A DNA stretch of 64,000 bases from the NCBI GenBank assembly GCA_964398355.1, contig CAYNMM010000082.1, forward strand, positions 711 through 64,710. Direction: 5' to 3'. The stretch comes from an uncultured bacterium. Lineage in GTDB: Bacteria; Hydrothermota; Hydrothermia; B15-G9; WFZT01. The notes below the pieces were generated by a model that saw only the letters and a program-made list of their open reading frames with translations, made no database searches and had not been told where the DNA came from. Below, piece after piece: positions 1-11,295 of the stretch (its first letter is position 1; each line of letters starts with the position of its first letter). Both the position numbers and the translations under genes were made by a program.

Positions 1-76
1 ATCTTTTTACCCGGCTCAAAAGTTACAAGGTACTCTGCTTTTTTCCCTCCGTAAAGGAGGATCTTTTCTCCTGTCA
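1..76 (-). CDS. 5' end of an unidentified CDS that runs off the window; it begins [20 protein letters not shown] on the minus strand, immediately downstream of ribH
   Basis: An ATG at 74-76 (complement) abuts the ribH stop codon, and the frame stays open to the window edge. I recognise no family from 25 aa. Confidence 0.2.
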
Positions 77-538
77 TTAAATGTTCTCGACGACGGAGAG
101 TGTTTCGAGCAGGGTTATAACAGCGTCCCTCCCTTTGTTGCCCATTTTACCGCCGGCTCTATCCTCCGCCTGTTCAAGCGTGTCAGCGGTTATAACTCCG
201 TAAGCAACTGGTATACCCGCATCGAGCATAACTCTGGCAATCCCTTTAGTCACTTCCGCAGCAACATAGTCAAAGTGAGGAGTTTCTCCCCTGATAACGG
301 CAGAGAGTGCAACAAGACCGTCATATTTGCCCGATTCTGCAAGCTTTTTTAACACGAGAGGAACTTCAAATGCCCCAGGAACCCAGAAAATATCGACAAG
401 ATCCAGATCCCCTCCAAATTGTTCTACCGCATCAAGTGCACCATCGACCAGTCGAGAAGTAATAAAGTCATTAAATTTTGAAACAACTATCCCAATTCTC
501 TTACCAGCGGCATTTATCTTACCTTTATATTCAGCCAT
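77..538 (-). CDS. ribH: 6,7-dimethyl-8-ribityllumazine synthase
   Basis: The 153-aa ORF is colinear with the lumazine synthase family ([19 protein letters not shown]...[10 protein letters not shown]...[10 protein letters not shown]). It sits directly downstream of ribBA. Confidence 0.9.
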   Translation of the reverse strand: MAEYKGKINAAGKRIGIVVSKFNDFITSRLVDGALDAVEQFGGDLDLVDIFWVPGAFEVPLVLKKLAESGKYDGLVALSAVIRGETPHFDYVAAEVTKGIARVMLDAGIPVAYGVITADTLEQAEDRAGGKMGNKGRDAVITLLETLSVVENI

Positions 539-1808
539 TTTTCTTCTCCTTTACGACTTTAAACCCTCCTCTTTTTTCTATCTCTCCAAGGAGGTGACCA
601 AGCTTATCCCTCTTAACTTTTAGATAAAACAAATTAACATCGTTGGGTTCGATAATAAGTGGTACTCGTTCGACCACCTTCAATCCATAACCTTCGAGTC
701 CGATAATCTTACGTGGGTTGTTTGTGATTAGTCTGATTGTAGACAAGCCAAGGTCTACGAGGATTTGGGCTCCTATGCCATAGTCTCTAAGGTCAGGTGG
801 AAAGCCGAGTTTCTCATTTGCTTCCACGGTATCGTATCCCATGTCCTGGAGTTCGTAAGCCTTGAGTTTATTGACAAGTCCGATACCTCTACCTTCTTGC
901 CTCATATATAGTAAAACACCGAGTCCTTCTCTGTCGATCATTTGCATGGCGGTGTGAAGCTGGTCTCCACAGTCACATCTTAATGACCCAAAAACGTCAC
1001 CTGTAAGACATTCGCTATGAACACGAACAAGTACATTCTGTTTCCCTCTGACATCACCTTTTACAAGTGCTACATGAACTTCTCCAGTAATTATATCCTG
1101 GTAGGCGTGTAGTCTGAAACGTCCATATTTCGTTGGGAGGTTTGTCTCAGCCACCTTTTTCACAAGTTTTTCTCTCTGGATTCTGTAGTGGATTAAATCT
1201 CTGATACTGATGATTTTCATACCAAATTTTCTGGCGATTTCGATCAGTTTTGGTAGACGTGCCATGTGACCGTCATCGTCAAGGATTTCACAGAGTACGC
1301 CAGCTGGCTTCAATCCAGCGAGACGGGCAAGATCGATGGACGCTTCAGTGTGTCCAGCGCGTCTTAAAACACCACCTTCTTTACCCATCAAAGTGTAGAC
1401 ATGCCCAGGCCTTGCAAAGTCTTCAGGACCTTTGGATGGATCTACCGCCTGTAGAATGGTGATGGCTCTATCAAATGCTGAAGAACCTGTCGTTGTCCCT
1501 TTTTTGGCGTCGATAGGAATGCCAAAATTTGTTCCGTGTTTGGAAGTGTTCGTGAGTGGTATGTCGAGCTCAAGTTCATGGAATCTATTTTCATCCAGAG
1601 CCAGGCAGATGAGTCCTTTTCCATGCGTGGCCATAAAGTTTATGATCTCGGGTGTTATCTTCTCTGCCGCAGCTATAAAGTCACCCTCGTTTTCACGATC
1701 CTCATCGTCAACGACAATGACCATTTTACCTCGTTTTATATCTTCAATTGCTTCTTCAATTGGTGAAAATATCTTTTCCTTTTCCATAGCACATTTCCTG
1801 TATTGCAA
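531..1808 (-). CDS. ribBA: Bifunctional 3,4-dihydroxy-2-butanone-4-phosphate synthase / GTP cyclohydrolase II
   Basis: At 425 aa it has an N-terminal DHBP synthase half ([25 protein letters not shown]) and a C-terminal GTP cyclohydrolase II half (CxCGDQL zinc motif, [17 protein letters not shown]). Confidence 0.92.
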   Translation of the reverse strand: MQYRKCAMEKEKIFSPIEEAIEDIKRGKMVIVVDDEDRENEGDFIAAAEKITPEIINFMATHGKGLICLALDENRFHELELDIPLTNTSKHGTNFGIPIDAKKGTTTGSSAFDRAITILQAVDPSKGPEDFARPGHVYTLMGKEGGVLRRAGHTEASIDLARLAGLKPAGVLCEILDDDGHMARLPKLIEIARKFGMKIISIRDLIHYRIQREKLVKKVAETNLPTKYGRFRLHAYQDIITGEVHVALVKGDVRGKQNVLVRVHSECLTGDVFGSLRCDCGDQLHTAMQMIDREGLGVLLYMRQEGRGIGLVNKLKAYELQDMGYDTVEANEKLGFPPDLRDYGIGAQILVDLGLSTIRLITNNPRKIIGLEGYGLKVVERVPLIIEPNDVNLFYLKVKRDKLGHLLGEIEKRGGFKVVKEKKNG

Positions 1809-1966
1809 TTGATTTGGCTAAAATTATACCTCATAGAATTTTTTTTCTCAAAAATTCATAAAATTTGGTGCAAATTGAACATTTAAGAAATGTGTAATTC
1901 TCTGATAGAAAAACTAACTTTTAAAAATTTGGGATTTAACTTATCATAAGAAAAAAGGAGGAAACC

Positions 1967-2755
1967 ATGGAGCTTGGACTTGAAGGTAAAGTTGCTATAG
2001 TTGGTGGAGCGAGTAAGGGGCTTGGAAAAGCTGTTGCTCTGGAACTTGCCAGGGAGGGAGTTCGGGTTACTATTGCAGCGAGAAGTGAGGATAGACTACA
2101 GCAGGTGGCTGAGGAGATTCGAAATCTCGGTGGAGAGGCTTTACCTGTGAAAGCAGATTTCAATATGCCTGGTGATATCAGGATGGTTGTGGATAAAACC
2201 TCAGAAAAGTTTGGAGATGTTGATATTCTTGTAACAAATACTGGTGGTCCACCTGCCGGTAATTTCTTTGATATTTCTGACAAACAGTGGATGAGCACAT
2301 TTAATCTGACATTTATGCATGTCGTTAGATTCGTGAGACATGTTGTTCCTCACATGCAGGGAAAGAGATGGGGAAGAATCATTAATCTAACCTCAATGAC
2401 TGTGAAACAGCCAAAAGATATGCTGATTCTTTCAAACTCTATCAGAGCCGCTGTTATTGGGCTTGCCAAGAGTCTATCTTTTGAGCTTGCAAAGTATAAC
2501 ATTACTGTGAATAACATTGCTCAGGGAGTATTTGAAACTGACCGTATTGTGGAGTTAACTGAAAAGCGCGCTGAAAGAGCAGGTGTAAGCTACGAAGAAG
2601 CTTTGAAAGAATGGACTTCCAATATACCATTGGGTCGCATGGGGAATCCCGAGGAACTCGCTGCCCTTGTGACTTTCCTGGCTTCAGAAAGAGCCGGTTT
2701 TATAACAGGTGCCACAATCCAGATTGATGGTGGTGAAATTAAATTTGTACTTTAA
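1967..2755 (+). CDS. Short-chain dehydrogenase/reductase (SDR) family oxidoreductase, 3-oxoacyl-ACP-reductase-like
   Basis: Glycine-rich NAD(P)-binding motif VAIVGGASKGLGKAV and a central NxxxG region; length 262 aa. Confidence 0.8.
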   Translation: MELGLEGKVAIVGGASKGLGKAVALELAREGVRVTIAARSEDRLQQVAEEIRNLGGEALPVKADFNMPGDIRMVVDKTSEKFGDVDILVTNTGGPPAGNFFDISDKQWMSTFNLTFMHVVRFVRHVVPHMQGKRWGRIINLTSMTVKQPKDMLILSNSIRAAVIGLAKSLSFELAKYNITVNNIAQGVFETDRIVELTEKRAERAGVSYEEALKEWTSNIPLGRMGNPEELAALVTFLASERAGFITGATIQIDGGEIKFVL

Positions 2756-4641
2756 TATTTCAAGAATTTTCCTTTTAAATGATCTCCAAGGATAAAGTAG
2801 AATCCTGGCTTTAGATCGCTGATGGTTACTTTCTGTGTTCCTCTACGGACAAATATTTTTTTCACGAGTCGGCCAGCTCCATCATAAACACGGAAATTCG
2901 AATTTTTTCTAAGTGGTGCTGATAAAAGTAAGAAATCTTTTCCAGCACTCGAGATGAGTTTTAATTCTTTGAAATTATTCTCAGAAACACCAAGAAAAGT
3001 ATGTTCTTCAAGGAGCCACTGATTGGGATCGAAAATAATCGTCGACGGGTGGCCTTCAACAAAAACTGTAAAGGTCTGGTGATCGAGACTATCCCACACG
3101 GTCACGTAGGAAATTCCGCGATCAGTTGAGATTTTGAACTGTATTGGCATCTTGTAAGTCGGTACACCATAGGCATGGGATTGTACCTGGTCAATTGTAA
3201 TGTCTACCCCAAAGGTATCACCTGAGACGGGATAAGATGTGTATGAATACTGATAGATTGGGTGTCCGGGTGCATAAACCCATTCGTTGAAGAACCAGTC
3301 AAGATTTTGTCCAGAAATTGAGTCAACTACGTGTATAAACTCTGATGTTACCGCATTGCCATAGGCATACATCTGTCCATAAGCCTTTAGAATCTGGAAG
3401 AATGTGGAGTCCCCAACAATATATCTCAGCATGTGTAAAACACTTGCCCCTTTTTGATAAACAACTACTCCCCACATGTAGTCTGGATTGTAAATAGAAT
3501 ATGGTGGGTAGGGTTCATTATAGAGATATTCATGAAAGATGTGGGTTATATAGGCTCTGAGTCCTGAATTTCCATATCTATGTTCAGACCATAAAGCCTC
3601 TGTGTAGGTTGCAAATCCCTCGTTAAGCCAGATATCTGCCCATGTCCCAAGCGTTACCCAATCACCCCACCACTGGTGACCCATTTCATGAACGATTACC
3701 CAATCCCAATTCGTCCCCCAGTTTGCATTTGTGTTTATAAAAGTGTTTGTCTGATTTTCCATAGCACCACTTATAGGAGTGGAAACATGACCGTACTTCT
3801 CTCCCATAAAGGGATATGTTCCGTAGATCTGGGATAAGAATTCCAGCATGTCCGGTGTTCTCGAAAATTTAGGTCTCAATCTTGCGGTATCAGAGACCTC
3901 AAAATAATTTAGAATTGGTAAAACCTGTCCGTTAATAATTGCTGAATCCCGCAGTACGGCAAATTGGTCAGAGGCTGCAAATACAATCAAATAATTAGCT
4001 ATTTCATAACTTTCCCGCCAGTGAAAGGTTACAGTATTGTCGTTGTTGAGTGTGGAGTCTACGAGGCTGCCATTTGCCACCACTGTGTACCCATCGGGTA
4101 CAGTGATAAATTGATCAACAGTAGCCTTGTCGGATGGTAAATCGTAAATTGGTACCCATCGTTTTGCCCCATAGGGCTCATCATCAATGAATACGAGGTG
4201 ACCACCGTTGTAAAAATGTAGTCCTCCACCGAATACACCACCACCAGTCTGAGCCGGACCATGATAGTAAACAATAACCCTTCCCGTATCGTTATTTCCA
4301 AGAGGGGTCTGGAGGGTTATATTCAATACGGAATCACCTCTGCTAAAAGATGCAGCACCTATCACACTGTCAATCTGGTAACCAACGAGATGGAGGAAAA
4401 TAGAGCTTAAATTGTTTACTTTACTTGTGAATTGAACTTCGTTAAAGGCATCGATACTTTCATTTGGAATGTCAAGTTTCACATGTATGTCATAGTGAAT
4501 TACGTCAAAATCGTGAAGAGTGTCTTCGTATGTAAGATTCTTAAATGCTTTTAGAAAGCGTGCCTCCGATTTCCACAATAACTTATGCTGTGCAAAGGTT
4601 GGAATTTGAAACACAAGCAACAATGCAAATAATGGGTTCAT
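2752..4641 (-). CDS. Secreted M1-family zinc aminopeptidase with a C-terminal T9SS sorting domain
   Basis: Signal peptide MNPLFALLLVFQIPTFAQ. Gluzincin motif HEMGHQWWGD...LNEGFATY. The C-terminal ~80 aa resemble a Por secretion tail (VYDGAGRLV...LKPGFYFI...KGKFLKY). Confidence 0.8.
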   Translation of the reverse strand: MNPLFALLLVFQIPTFAQHKLLWKSEARFLKAFKNLTYEDTLHDFDVIHYDIHVKLDIPNESIDAFNEVQFTSKVNNLSSIFLHLVGYQIDSVIGAASFSRGDSVLNITLQTPLGNNDTGRVIVYYHGPAQTGGGVFGGGLHFYNGGHLVFIDDEPYGAKRWVPIYDLPSDKATVDQFITVPDGYTVVANGSLVDSTLNNDNTVTFHWRESYEIANYLIVFAASDQFAVLRDSAIINGQVLPILNYFEVSDTARLRPKFSRTPDMLEFLSQIYGTYPFMGEKYGHVSTPISGAMENQTNTFINTNANWGTNWDWVIVHEMGHQWWGDWVTLGTWADIWLNEGFATYTEALWSEHRYGNSGLRAYITHIFHEYLYNEPYPPYSIYNPDYMWGVVVYQKGASVLHMLRYIVGDSTFFQILKAYGQMYAYGNAVTSEFIHVVDSISGQNLDWFFNEWVYAPGHPIYQYSYTSYPVSGDTFGVDITIDQVQSHAYGVPTYKMPIQFKISTDRGISYVTVWDSLDHQTFTVFVEGHPSTIIFDPNQWLLEEHTFLGVSENNFKELKLISSAGKDFLLLSAPLRKNSNFRVYDGAGRLVKKIFVRRGTQKVTISDLKPGFYFILGDHLKGKFLKY

Positions 4642-4919
4642 TTATTGCCTCCTTTCTGGTTTAATTTAAAAAATTATAATGAAATGACATGGTCATTTAT
4701 AGGTGTTTCAGGTTGTTTTTAGTGGCTTTTCCTTGAATCGGGATAGGTTAGAATGTTAAGTGAAAAACTGATAGTTTGGTTTTTTTCCAGCCTTTTCCGT
4801 AATACTTTGCATTACGTGGAAGGTTAAAAATTAAGCTATTTTTTTCAAATCAAATTTCTTGAACACCTTTTCACGCTCATTTGACAAAGACTTAGAGGTA
4901 GGTTAAATTACCAGCACTT

Positions 4920-5912
4920 ATGAAAGTTCTTGCCTTTGAAACTTCCTGTGATGAGACATCAGTTGCAGTGGTTGAGGACGGGTTCAGGGTGCTGTCGAAT
5001 GTCACGCAGACTCATGTGGAACATGCGAAATTTGGCGGTGTAGTTCCGGAGCTTGCCTCCCGTGCACATGTAAGACTTATATACCCATTAACTCAACTTG
5101 CTATCGAAAAGGCTGGTGTAACTTTGGGAGAAATTGACAGAGTTGCATTTACAAGAGGTCCTGGACTAATTGGCTCTCTCCTTGTCGGTGTGGTATTTGG
5201 AAAAACTCTTGCCCAGGCACTTAATGTGCCATTCCTCGGAATAAATCACCTTGAGGGACATCTTTTTTCAGTTTTTTTAAGTTATCCGGATTTGGAACCT
5301 CCAATCCTTTATCTTCTCGTTTCTGGTGGTCATACGGAGCTCATTTATGCGAAAGATTTCCTCGTTTATGAATATCTTGGAGGTACGATGGATGACGCAG
5401 CTGGGGAAGCATTTGACAAAGGGGGAAAACTGCTCGGCCTTCCATATCCATCGGGTCCCATCATTGATAAGCTTGCAAAAAAAGGTGATAAAGATTTCCA
5501 TCGGTTTCCCCGGGCCAGGACGTCCGGCTTTGATTTCAGTTTTTCGGGGCTTAAAACCTCTCTCCTGTATTATCTCAGAAAAAAAGATAGAGAATTTATC
5601 CAGAGTCATCTTGAAGATATTGCGGCGAGCTATCAGGAGGCGATTGTGGACATGCTTCTTGAAAAGACAATGAAGGCTTTTAAGAAATTAACACCTCCAT
5701 CACTTGCCGTTGTTGGTGGAGTCTCTCTCAATTCGCGTCTGAGAGAGGTTTTCACCGAGAATTTCGGAAAGATGACTCAAATTTTTTTCCCGGAGCCACA
5801 GTATTGTACTGACAATGCCGCAATGATTGGAGCTGCGGCTCTGTTAAGGTTTAAAAGAGGTGAGAAATCTGAACTCGAAATTAGTGCATCCCCCAATCTC
5901 CCACTCGTCTAA
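4920..5912 (+). CDS. tsaD: tRNA N6-adenosine threonylcarbamoyltransferase (Kae1/TsaD family)
   Basis: N-terminus MKVLAFETSCDETSVAVV and LEGHL, both typical of TsaD/Gcp; 330 aa. Confidence 0.9.
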   Translation: MKVLAFETSCDETSVAVVEDGFRVLSNVTQTHVEHAKFGGVVPELASRAHVRLIYPLTQLAIEKAGVTLGEIDRVAFTRGPGLIGSLLVGVVFGKTLAQALNVPFLGINHLEGHLFSVFLSYPDLEPPILYLLVSGGHTELIYAKDFLVYEYLGGTMDDAAGEAFDKGGKLLGLPYPSGPIIDKLAKKGDKDFHRFPRARTSGFDFSFSGLKTSLLYYLRKKDREFIQSHLEDIAASYQEAIVDMLLEKTMKAFKKLTPPSLAVVGGVSLNSRLREVFTENFGKMTQIFFPEPQYCTDNAAMIGAAALLRFKRGEKSELEISASPNLPLV

Positions 5913-5992
5913 TTTATCCACTATTAGTTCCACCTTTTGAGATATGTTAGATGCTTGAAGTCTCTGATACTTGAGGTTATTATTTCCCGCTC

Positions 5993-6943
5993 ATGGATGC
6001 GATTGAAAGGATTGTAAAAAGGATAAAATCTGAAGAAGGCAGAATTGGCATTATCTCTCACTTTGATCCCGATGGTGACGCGATTGGTAGTGTTCTCGGT
6101 ATGTACAATTTTTTAAAAAAATTTAAAACAAATGTAGAAGTAATTTTGAAGGATGAAGTGCCTTACCTGTTTGAATTCCTACCAGGATCAAAAGAAATTA
6201 AAAGGGAACCGGTAGGATTTTACAATTTGATGCTTTTACTTGATGCAAGTGATATAACAAGAACAGGCTTTGATAAGATTGAATACGGTGATCTTGTGAG
6301 GATAGATCATCATAAAACTGGGACAAGCTATAGTGATTTTGATTACCTTAACGAGAATGCCCCCAGTGCCACGGTTCTTGTCCTTGATATTCTGAAAAAT
6401 TACGATGAATCCGCGATCACTCGTGAGGTCGCTGAGCCCCTTTATACAGGTTTGTTAACGGATACAGGTGGCTTTAAGTATGGTAGAGATTTTACGATAT
6501 CCTTTGAAGCTGCCCTATACCTTGCAGGAAAGGGAATAGATTGTCAGGATATTGCCCAGAAGATTTTCCTCAGGAAGAAATTGCGTGTTTTTAAACTCCT
6601 GTCACTTGCTCTCGATACCCTCACGGTCGTAGATGATAAAATTGCTTATATTGTCCTTCGAAAGGAATTCTTTGAACAGACAGGGACGGATTCGAGTGAT
6701 TCTCAAAGCTTTGTTACTTATCCCCTATCTGTTGATGATGTCGCTGTGGGGATAAAGTTTACTGAAGCTGACGATAACTTCTGGAAAGTCAGTCTCAGAG
6801 GGAAAAACGTAATCGATCTTGCCACAATTGCAGAAGAATTTGGTGGAGGGGGACACAAAAATGCCGCTGGACTCAGGATCTCAGGAGATGAAAAATCAGT
6901 TGTTAATACAGTCGTTTCCAGAATTTTGAAAGAATTTCAATGA
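5993..6943 (+). CDS. nrnA: DHH/DHHA1 phosphoesterase, NrnA-like bifunctional oligoribonuclease/pAp phosphatase
   Basis: N-terminal DHH domain (HFDPDGDAIGS, DHH motif IDHH) and C-terminal DHHA1 with the GGGH motif (EEFGGGGHKNAAG). Confidence 0.8.
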   Translation: MDAIERIVKRIKSEEGRIGIISHFDPDGDAIGSVLGMYNFLKKFKTNVEVILKDEVPYLFEFLPGSKEIKREPVGFYNLMLLLDASDITRTGFDKIEYGDLVRIDHHKTGTSYSDFDYLNENAPSATVLVLDILKNYDESAITREVAEPLYTGLLTDTGGFKYGRDFTISFEAALYLAGKGIDCQDIAQKIFLRKKLRVFKLLSLALDTLTVVDDKIAYIVLRKEFFEQTGTDSSDSQSFVTYPLSVDDVAVGIKFTEADDNFWKVSLRGKNVIDLATIAEEFGGGGHKNAAGLRISGDEKSVVNTVVSRILKEFQ

Positions 6944-6947
6944 ATTT

Positions 6948-7754
6948 ATGATGAAATTGAACGATCTGCTGGATGAACTTTCCAGTGTTTCACCAGATCC
7001 TGAGTCAGAGCTTGATACCATTCTAAAAATTGAATTTTCCTCTTCTCTTGTAAATGCAAGGGCCTTCGGAATTCCGGAAGATGTATTTCCCAGATTGAAA
7101 CGCATTGTCAGGGAGCGTGTGCAATCTGGAAAACCTGTCCAGTATATTCTTGAAAGGGCTTTGTTCTGGAGTATGGAGTTCATTGTAAACGAGAACGTTT
7201 TAATTCCACGGATTGAAACAGAGCTCCTTGTTGATAAGACTATCGAAATCGTAAAGAAACACGGTGCAAGGGATATTCTGGATGTTGGAACTGGCTCCGG
7301 GATTATAGCGATAACGCTTAAAAAGGAGCTTAACAAGGTCAACGTTTTTGCCACTGACATTTCTATGAAGGCTCTGGATGTTGCCCGAAGAAATGCGGAG
7401 ATCCATGGTGTGGATATAAATCTTATCCAATGCAATTTGTTGTCCTGTTTTAAAGAAACCGCGTTTGATATTATAGTTTCTAATCCACCCTATGTCGGGC
7501 AGTCTGATCCATTTGAAAAATACAGAAGATTTGAGCCACCAATAGCCCTGTACGGTGGTGTAAAGGGATATGAACTCTCTTTAAAATTGATAAAACAGGC
7601 TTTAAATAGACTTAAAAAACATGGATACGTTATAATGGAAATTAATCCCTTTAATTATGAGGAACTTGTCAGATTGATTGATTTGCCATACAAAATTTAT
7701 AAAGATTTTAATGGGCTTGAAAGGATAATCGTAATAGAGAAATGGACGACATAA
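6948..7754 (+). CDS. prmC: Release-factor glutamine N5-methyltransferase (PrmC/HemK)
   Basis: SAM-binding GTGSGIIAI and catalytic NPPY motif (IVSNPPYV); 268 aa. Confidence 0.85.
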   Translation: MMKLNDLLDELSSVSPDPESELDTILKIEFSSSLVNARAFGIPEDVFPRLKRIVRERVQSGKPVQYILERALFWSMEFIVNENVLIPRIETELLVDKTIEIVKKHGARDILDVGTGSGIIAITLKKELNKVNVFATDISMKALDVARRNAEIHGVDINLIQCNLLSCFKETAFDIIVSNPPYVGQSDPFEKYRRFEPPIALYGGVKGYELSLKLIKQALNRLKKHGYVIMEINPFNYEELVRLIDLPYKIYKDFNGLERIIVIEKWTT

Positions 7755-8476
7755 CAAAGAAACTCTTTGAAAAGTTCAAAAAGGCATACAGATCGGGTGA
7801 TGTTGAAAATCTCAGGAAATACGCTGAAAAAATATCGGTGAGATTTGAGTATGTCGGTCGGGTGGGGGAGTATAATGAACTGTTTTTTGAACTTCTCGAT
7901 GATCTCGTCGATGCAGAAGAGATAGATCTTGCTTTAAGAATAGGTAAAAGGTTTCTCAATCCTGATGTCTACGAAGATGCCAAGAGGTTGACCGAGATTT
8001 ATCTGTTGAGCGGTGATCTTATGAGCGGTATCGAGATTATTTATCCACACCTTGATATAGTGAAAGAAGATCCTGAGTTTAAAGAAATTTTAAGTATTTT
8101 TGATGTCATAAGAGAGGAAGGTGGGCTGGATGAATTTTCTGCACATGGTTTTTCTGACAGAGTAGATTTAAACGAGATAGAGAGTGATCCATTAATTGCC
8201 CATATTGTACTGATCTTTGAAAAGCTGGGGGTAAAAATAGATGTGATGGATAGGTCTCTCCCCTACGTTTACAAACTTCTAAGAAAAGCCACCAACGATT
8301 TCAGAGGAAATAAAGATTCCTGGGCAGCCGCATTCGTTTATTTTTACAATGATATAATGGGGGATAACCATATTTCAGCAAGAAGAATCTCAAGTGTCAC
8401 CGGCGTTTCCCCTGGGGAAATCTATAGAAAATCAAGGATACTATACCAGAGATTTTTAGAGGAGGAGTTAATTTGA
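7742..8476 (+). CDS. Hypothetical protein with a possible C-terminal helix-turn-helix
   Basis: 244-aa ORF overlapping the prmC stop by 13 nt. No family recognised. The C-terminus (ISARRISSVTGVSPGEIYRKSRIL) looks HTH-like. Confidence 0.4.
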   Translation: MDDITKKLFEKFKKAYRSGDVENLRKYAEKISVRFEYVGRVGEYNELFFELLDDLVDAEEIDLALRIGKRFLNPDVYEDAKRLTEIYLLSGDLMSGIEIIYPHLDIVKEDPEFKEILSIFDVIREEGGLDEFSAHGFSDRVDLNEIESDPLIAHIVLIFEKLGVKIDVMDRSLPYVYKLLRKATNDFRGNKDSWAAAFVYFYNDIMGDNHISARRISSVTGVSPGEIYRKSRILYQRFLEEELI

Positions 8477-9159
8477 ACTGGAAACTTGTGAAGAACCCAA
8501 AAGGGAGATATTTTAGAATTGAGAAGGGAGATACAGAACTATATATAACAACGAAGGATGGTTTTGACCCTTTGAGAGAAGACGGATTTTATCATAACCC
8601 CATCAATCTGCATCAGATTCATAGTGACAGGATTTATATCGTAAATAAATATTTTCCACGTTCCGGTGTAGACGGCGATGGTCTTATTACATTTGAACCA
8701 GGGATATATATTGCGATAAAAACAGCTGATTGCTATCCAATTTTTGTCTTTGATGAAGATTCAAAAGTTGCCTCAGTTGTGCATGCCGGTTGGAGAGGGA
8801 CGGCTAAGCGGATATTGAAAAAGGCTGTGAGAATGATCAAAGATCTGGCAGGAATTGAGGCAGGAAAGCTGATCGTTGCGTTTGGCCCCGGAATTTCAGG
8901 TGAGAGCTATGAGATAGGAGAGGATGTTGCACGATTTTTTGACGTCGGGGTTATCAGAAAGGATGGAAAGATTTTTCTTGATCTTGTGAAGGAGAATGTG
9001 AAACAGGCAGAAGATTGTGGAATTAACAGGATTATTCTTCCTCCTGGTGATACTTATTTAGAAGAGAACCTGTTCTATTCTTATAGAAGGGAGAATGGAA
9101 ATAATGGTTTGATGTGGTCAATAATTGGTTTAGGAGGTCATCATGGGAAAAATCATTAA
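8473..9159 (+). CDS. pgeF: Peptidoglycan editing factor PgeF (YfiH/DUF152 laccase-domain protein)
   Basis: [29 protein letters not shown] core typical of YfiH; 228 aa. Confidence 0.8.
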   Translation: MNWKLVKNPKGRYFRIEKGDTELYITTKDGFDPLREDGFYHNPINLHQIHSDRIYIVNKYFPRSGVDGDGLITFEPGIYIAIKTADCYPIFVFDEDSKVASVVHAGWRGTAKRILKKAVRMIKDLAGIEAGKLIVAFGPGISGESYEIGEDVARFFDVGVIRKDGKIFLDLVKENVKQAEDCGINRIILPPGDTYLEENLFYSYRRENGNNGLMWSIIGLGGHHGKNH

Positions 9160-9649
9160 AGGACGAGTTTGGAAATATGGTGATGATATTAACACAGATG
9201 TTATTTTCCCTGGAAAATATACCTATTCTATAATGACACCGGAGGAAATGGCAAAACATGCACTGGAAGATCTGGATCCAGACTTTGCCAGAAAGGTAAA
9301 ACCTGGAGACGTGATAGTAGCTGGTAAAAACTTTGGAATGGGATCTTCGAGGGAGCAGGCTGCTATCTGTCTTGTTGCAGCCGGCGTTGGAGCAGTTATT
9401 GCCCGCTCTTTTGCAAGAATTTTCTACAGAAATGCAATTAACAATGGTCTTCTCGCAATAGTCTCACCGGAAGCCTCCGATACCCTTGAAGATGGCGATG
9501 AGGTTGAGATAGATGTTGAAAAAGGTGAAATTCGCTCCTCGAAAGGTGTTTTTAACTTTCCACCGTTTCCCGAATCTGTAATGAAAATATTTGAAGACGG
9601 AGGATTGATTCCTCATACAATAAAAAAATTGAAGGAAGCAGAGAAGTGA
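9143..9649 (+). CDS. LeuD-type (aconitase family) small subunit, type 2 (archaeal-like), standalone
   Basis: 168 aa with [20 protein letters not shown]...[18 protein letters not shown], typical of 3-isopropylmalate/homoaconitate dehydratase small subunits. There is no large subunit in the window. Confidence 0.7.
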   Translation: MGKIIKGRVWKYGDDINTDVIFPGKYTYSIMTPEEMAKHALEDLDPDFARKVKPGDVIVAGKNFGMGSSREQAAICLVAAGVGAVIARSFARIFYRNAINNGLLAIVSPEASDTLEDGDEVEIDVEKGEIRSSKGVFNFPPFPESVMKIFEDGGLIPHTIKKLKEAEK

Positions 9650-11295
9650 AAAGCGTAAAATTAAAACTCAAAGATGGGGAGATATTGGAGGTGCCTGAGG
9701 GTACCAGAATCATTGATGCAATTGAATCTGTTCCTGGTGACGTGATTGCAGCGAAACTTGATAACAAACTCGTTTCCTTGAATTACAGGGTTTTCATAGA
9801 TGGTGAACTTGAGTTCGTAAAATTTGACTCACCTGAAGGATACAGAGTCTATGAGAGGAGTCTAACTGCTCTGCTTGGATACGCCCTAAATAAAATCTCG
9901 CCTGAAGCAAAGTTATACGTTCTCCATTCATACAATAATGGTATTTACTGTGAGATCGAAGGTGTGGAGATCACCGAGGAATTGATCGCACATCTGAAAA
10001 GCATTATGGATGATGTGATCAGGAAGGATGTAGAAATCACTGTTGATGTCATCGATGAGGAGTCTGCGATTAAAGTTTTCCAGAAAATCCCGAGCAGGGA
10101 GGATGCTGTCAGATTGTTTAGATTCCTGCCAGAACATCAAAGAATATGTATTTTTACAATAGATGATTATGCGGATTATTCCTATATTCCACTTGCACAT
10201 AGAACAGGTGCTTTAAGGAAGTTTGATCTCTTGATAAGAAAGCCAGGAATCGTGGTTCTTCTTCCCGACGAGCACGATCCAGAGAAATTAGGTCCCCTTA
10301 AAGAATCTCCCAAATTGTTTAATACATTTGAGGAGTCATCAAGATGGGCGAGGATTCTTGGAGTGAATGATGCGGGGGCTCTCAATAGAGTCATAACAAC
10401 GGGTGACGTTTCAGATTTTATCAAGATTGCCGAAGCGCTGCACGAAAAGAAAATTGCACAAATTGCAGATGATATAACTCGAGAATATGGAAAAATTAAG
10501 CTGGTTTTAATTGCTGGCCCATCTTCATCGGGGAAGACGACATTTGCCAAAAGATTGGGCATACATTTACGTGTTAACGAGAAAAATCCAGTGGTAATCT
10601 CACTGGATAATTACTTTCTTGATAGAGATAAAACACCGAGAGACGAACATGGAAATTATGACTATGATTCAATTGAAGCTCTGGATCTTCAATTGATAAA
10701 CGAGCATTTGAGAGATTTACTTCTTGGAAAAGAAGTTGCCATACCTCATTTTGATTTTAAAAAAGGTAAAAGATCAGGGATTGAGAAGAAAATAAGATTA
10801 TCAAAAGGAGATATAATCGTTATTGAAGGAATTCATGGTTTAAATCCGAGATTAAGTGAGCTGGTACCCGACGAGGCAAAATTTAGAATTTATGTAAGTG
10901 CACTTACACAAATCAGTGTTGATTCTCATAACCGAATTTCTACCTCTGATACAAGATTAATAAGGAGGATAGTTCGGGATAAACTATTCAGGGGTCATTC
11001 AGCGCTCGAGACACTGAAGATGTGGCCAAACGTGAGGAAGAATGAAGAGAAGTACATTTACCCGTTCCAGGAAAATGCTGATGTTATGTTTAACTCATCA
11101 CTTGTCTATGAAATGGCCGTATTGAAGCTTTATGCAGATGCCATGCTTGAGCAGGTAACCCCTGACTACCCTGAGTATGGTGATGCTGTAAGACTGCTCT
11201 CAATCCTATCTCATTTCCTTGGTATAATGCCTACAGAAGTGCCTCCTACATCAATTTTAAGGGAATTCATTGGAGGTAGTAGTTTCAAGTATTAA
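9646..11295 (+). CDS. Fusion protein: TGS plus ThrRS-N2-like N-terminal domains joined to a uridine kinase / phosphoribulokinase family P-loop kinase
   Basis: The N-terminal ~200 aa resemble the threonyl-tRNA synthetase N-terminus (TGS fold [16 protein letters not shown]...). A Walker A motif ([17 protein letters not shown]) and a Udk/PRK-like core follow; 549 aa. Confidence 0.7.
   Translation: MKSVKLKLKDGEILEVPEGTRIIDAIESVPGDVIAAKLDNKLVSLNYRVFIDGELEFVKFDSPEGYRVYERSLTALLGYALNKISPEAKLYVLHSYNNGIYCEIEGVEITEELIAHLKSIMDDVIRKDVEITVDVIDEESAIKVFQKIPSREDAVRLFRFLPEHQRICIFTIDDYADYSYIPLAHRTGALRKFDLLIRKPGIVVLLPDEHDPEKLGPLKESPKLFNTFEESSRWARILGVNDAGALNRVITTGDVSDFIKIAEALHEKKIAQIADDITREYGKIKLVLIAGPSSSGKTTFAKRLGIHLRVNEKNPVVISLDNYFLDRDKTPRDEHGNYDYDSIEALDLQLINEHLRDLLLGKEVAIPHFDFKKGKRSGIEKKIRLSKGDIIVIEGIHGLNPRLSELVPDEAKFRIYVSALTQISVDSHNRISTSDTRLIRRIVRDKLFRGHSALETLKMWPNVRKNEEKYIYPFQENADVMFNSSLVYEMAVLKLYADAMLEQVTPDYPEYGDAVRLLSILSHFLGIMPTEVPPTSILREFIGGSSFKY

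Noticed and set aside
1250-1812. Multiple 60-126-aa ORFs on both strands inside ribBA (for example 1432-1812 on the plus strand)
   Set aside because: They are antisense or overlap in alternative frames of a well-conserved enzyme gene. They have low-complexity composition and no family resemblance. The same applies to the many other short ORFs embedded in large genes throughout the window.
1809-1966. Possible FMN riboswitch upstream of ribBA-ribH
   Set aside because: The 158-bp leader (reverse strand) is AT-rich. It lacks the conserved FMN-aptamer elements (AGGATAG / GGGCGGGGTG-like stems). No riboswitch is called.
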